Under the pieces are notes generated by a model. The model ran no database searches, was not told the DNA's origin, and saw nothing but the letters and a program-made list of their open reading frames with translations. The position numbers and the translations under genes are program-made. A DNA stretch of 64,000 nucleotides from Setoptus koraiensis (taxonomy: Eukaryota > Animalia > Arthropoda): NCBI GenBank assembly GCA_048013815.1, contig CM106585.1, forward strand, positions 7,254,001-7,318,000, written 5' to 3'. Shown here in pieces: positions 61,641 to 64,000 of the stretch. Each line of letters starts with the position of its first letter. Position 1 is the stretch's first letter.

Positions 61641-64000
61641 TGTCAATTATGTCTCAGAGCGAGTTGTTTCCAAATTGGAAATTCAAATGATACATTCGAA
61701 TAGATGAAAAAAACAACAGGCGCTCTACAGATTGCTAATCGACATCACTACACGTAGCAGAATTAGTAATAATGTTTGCGAGAGTTAGATGGCGCCAAGC
61801 AGCACAGCAGGCAATGTTTGTCCAGTGCCTGTTTAGCTAATGGGGCCCACAACACAAGTTGGCCCCAAAAGTTGGCCCAGAGGTGAGCGCCAATTTTAAA
61901 CGAAGCAAGCGCCAAGTTTGTTCGGTGAGGTTTGGAATGGGGCCCCGCTGGCCTCATTGTGTTGACCAGACAGCAACAGACAAAGGATTGCTGGTCGGCG
62001 GTGTATAACGTGATTGTCGCCAGTGCATGTATATTATTATGTAATTGTGCGAATGTGTCGCGCCGCCGGCAAATGTTACATTAAGATGAAGATTATTCAA
62101 TCTCGATCGCACTAATACGCTCTAGTAAGCACGCATGTTTTAGCTGTGTAGGCCAAAAGTAAACTCGCTCGGAATAATAATATAAAAAACATAATTATAA
62201 GATTAGCTGTGGCGCCCAGATGTCGTGTGCGATGACCCTTCGCTTGGCTGATCATCTATCGTTCCATTTGCGATACATTTATAATGGCATGTGTCTCATG
62301 TGCTGCATCTCACAGGAACAACACGCCGGAGAAAAAAGAAAGCAGCTTGATAAAGCTGGCTAAAACGCCCCGCTCTGTCTGTTTATTTTGCCAATTTTTA
62401 TTGTCAATCGCCAATGGAAAGTTGCAATTTTCGGAGGCCCGCCATTCAGCTAGCCACTGCCCAGATGTGTCTGTCTATCCAACCTCTTGTCTATAATTAA
62501 GCGTTGGGGCCCATTTTTTGCGCTGGGGCCGCCTGCCTAATGAATGATGTTTGGCACTGTTTACTTTTGGCCGTTTGATGTGCACACCAGCAAACAGCGA
62601 ATTCTGGCCAAAAAACAAAGCACTCACAAACCATTGTCAGCCACACAAACCAAAAACCAATTCGAGAATACTTTTCCAGAATATTCGCTCGTGGTGGCTC
62701 GCCTTTGAGGGGCGATTCGGGGGGCCATTTGAGGGGCCGTTCGAGGCCCGCCGACTGTCGCGGCCCGAAAGAACCGCTCGCCGAAATATCCGGCCACCAA
62801 ACGACGATGCACACGATGCGCCATCCCGTGGGCGATTTGCAATTTGCGGGGGCGCCCAGAGCGAACAAACATTGACAAATTGCCAGTTTAAACCAACAAC
62901 AACAACAACAAAATATTATCTGTTTGAATAAATTGTGTGTGTGTGTGCTGAAATTTGGGGCCCGACGGCGCCAAATATGGCGCCGGTGTGGCACGATTGG
63001 ATAATTGTTGTCGCCATTGTTGTTGTTGCTGTTTGTGTCCGTTGTTTCTGGGTAGCGCGGCCTTTCGGGCCCAAACTTTGGGGTGCCAAAAGGCTGATAA
63101 ATGATGATTGTTTAAAGAGTTGCATCACAATGTCTGGATGGAGCTGGCGAGCTGCGTGCGCATACCAGTTGTTTGCTCATTTGTTGTTGCTGCCTCCAAA
63201 CATCTGGCTCCATATTTGGGGGGCCCGGCGCGCCAACAATATCGCGGCCATAACAAATTGCCAAATGTGCCTCGTGCGACTTGGGCCCCACTACATACTA
63301 CTGCACACAAATACGTTTGCTGCCTGCTATGATATACGTATAAATGTTACGATATGCATGCCCTATCATAACATAAATGTTCATGCGAGCACAATGCCAG
63401 CTATACGAGCCAATGTGAATGCAAACAATAATAATATTCACCATTATTAGCGTTCATTAGGACCGTTAGCTGGCGCCGGCGACCCCTCCGATTCCAATAT
63501 CCACATGTGCAGCGTCCAATGTGCGTTGGGGCCCACAACTTATGGGGCCCCGCGACACATTGGATATGTTGGGTGGGCCTGGCAAAGGCGCCCATCTCAA
63601 TGGCTGGCGCGTCGTTGGCTTGCACAGAGGAACAGTCTGGACAGATTACGGCGACGTTATTTCATTTCATCCGCGGCTGAATTTCAGTTTAAATTTCAGT
63701 TTCAAGATTGCATGCTCGCGATCGCATTTTCGCTAATGGGCCAAGCGAACAATATAGATAATAAGACGCACGGCCAGCAACAGAGAAATGTGGCTGGCTG
63801 GTTTGTTTGTTTGTTTGTCTCAGCCACGACATCATCGTTATCGTATGTTGACCGGGCGGAAATGGGCCCCAACAAACGAGCAAGTTTTCGGCGCCAGATA
63901 ATTCTGGCTGCGGGCTCATTGGAGATTGGGGCGATTGATGATCGCGCACGACGATCAGATATGATGTGGCCGGTTGCTGTTGTTATTGCGTTATATTGCG

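Noticed and set aside
1-64000. CRISPR array, rRNA, telomeric repeats
   Set aside because: The tandem repeats lack unique spacers, and no rRNA signature or TTAGG arrays were seen; the DNA is eukaryotic.

Overview
Eukaryotic genomic DNA from a compact arthropod genome. Short GT-AG introns (mostly ~95-250 bp), abundant CAA/AAT microsatellites and Gln/Asn-rich protein insertions suggest a small-genome acariform mite; this taxonomy is inference only. Eight host genes are recognisable by protein motifs and hand-built splice models: a DUF4807 protein (+), a delta-class GST (-), an intronless CD36/LIMP-2-like scavenger receptor (+), the homeobox gene Dbx (-) with a probable eh1-containing first exon and ~11 kb of upstream non-coding DNA, a divergent P5B-ATPase (ATP13A-type, -, 10 exons), an RNF170-like RING ligase (+) nested in that ATPase's largest intron, an otopetrin proton channel (+) with a very long low-complexity N-terminus, and a GKAP-domain (DLGAP/vulcan-like) gene (-). 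The least explained locus is 59.4-61.6 kb. It holds a Tc1-type paired-like DNA-binding domain with no DDE domain and an 83-bp inverted repeat (8 mismatches, all transitions) that overlaps a small ORF downstream of a CRE site. There is also a ~260-bp MITE-like foldback at 8.5-8.76 kb. No rRNA, tRNA or CRISPR array was seen. All identifications come from motif recognition by eye; no database searches were run.
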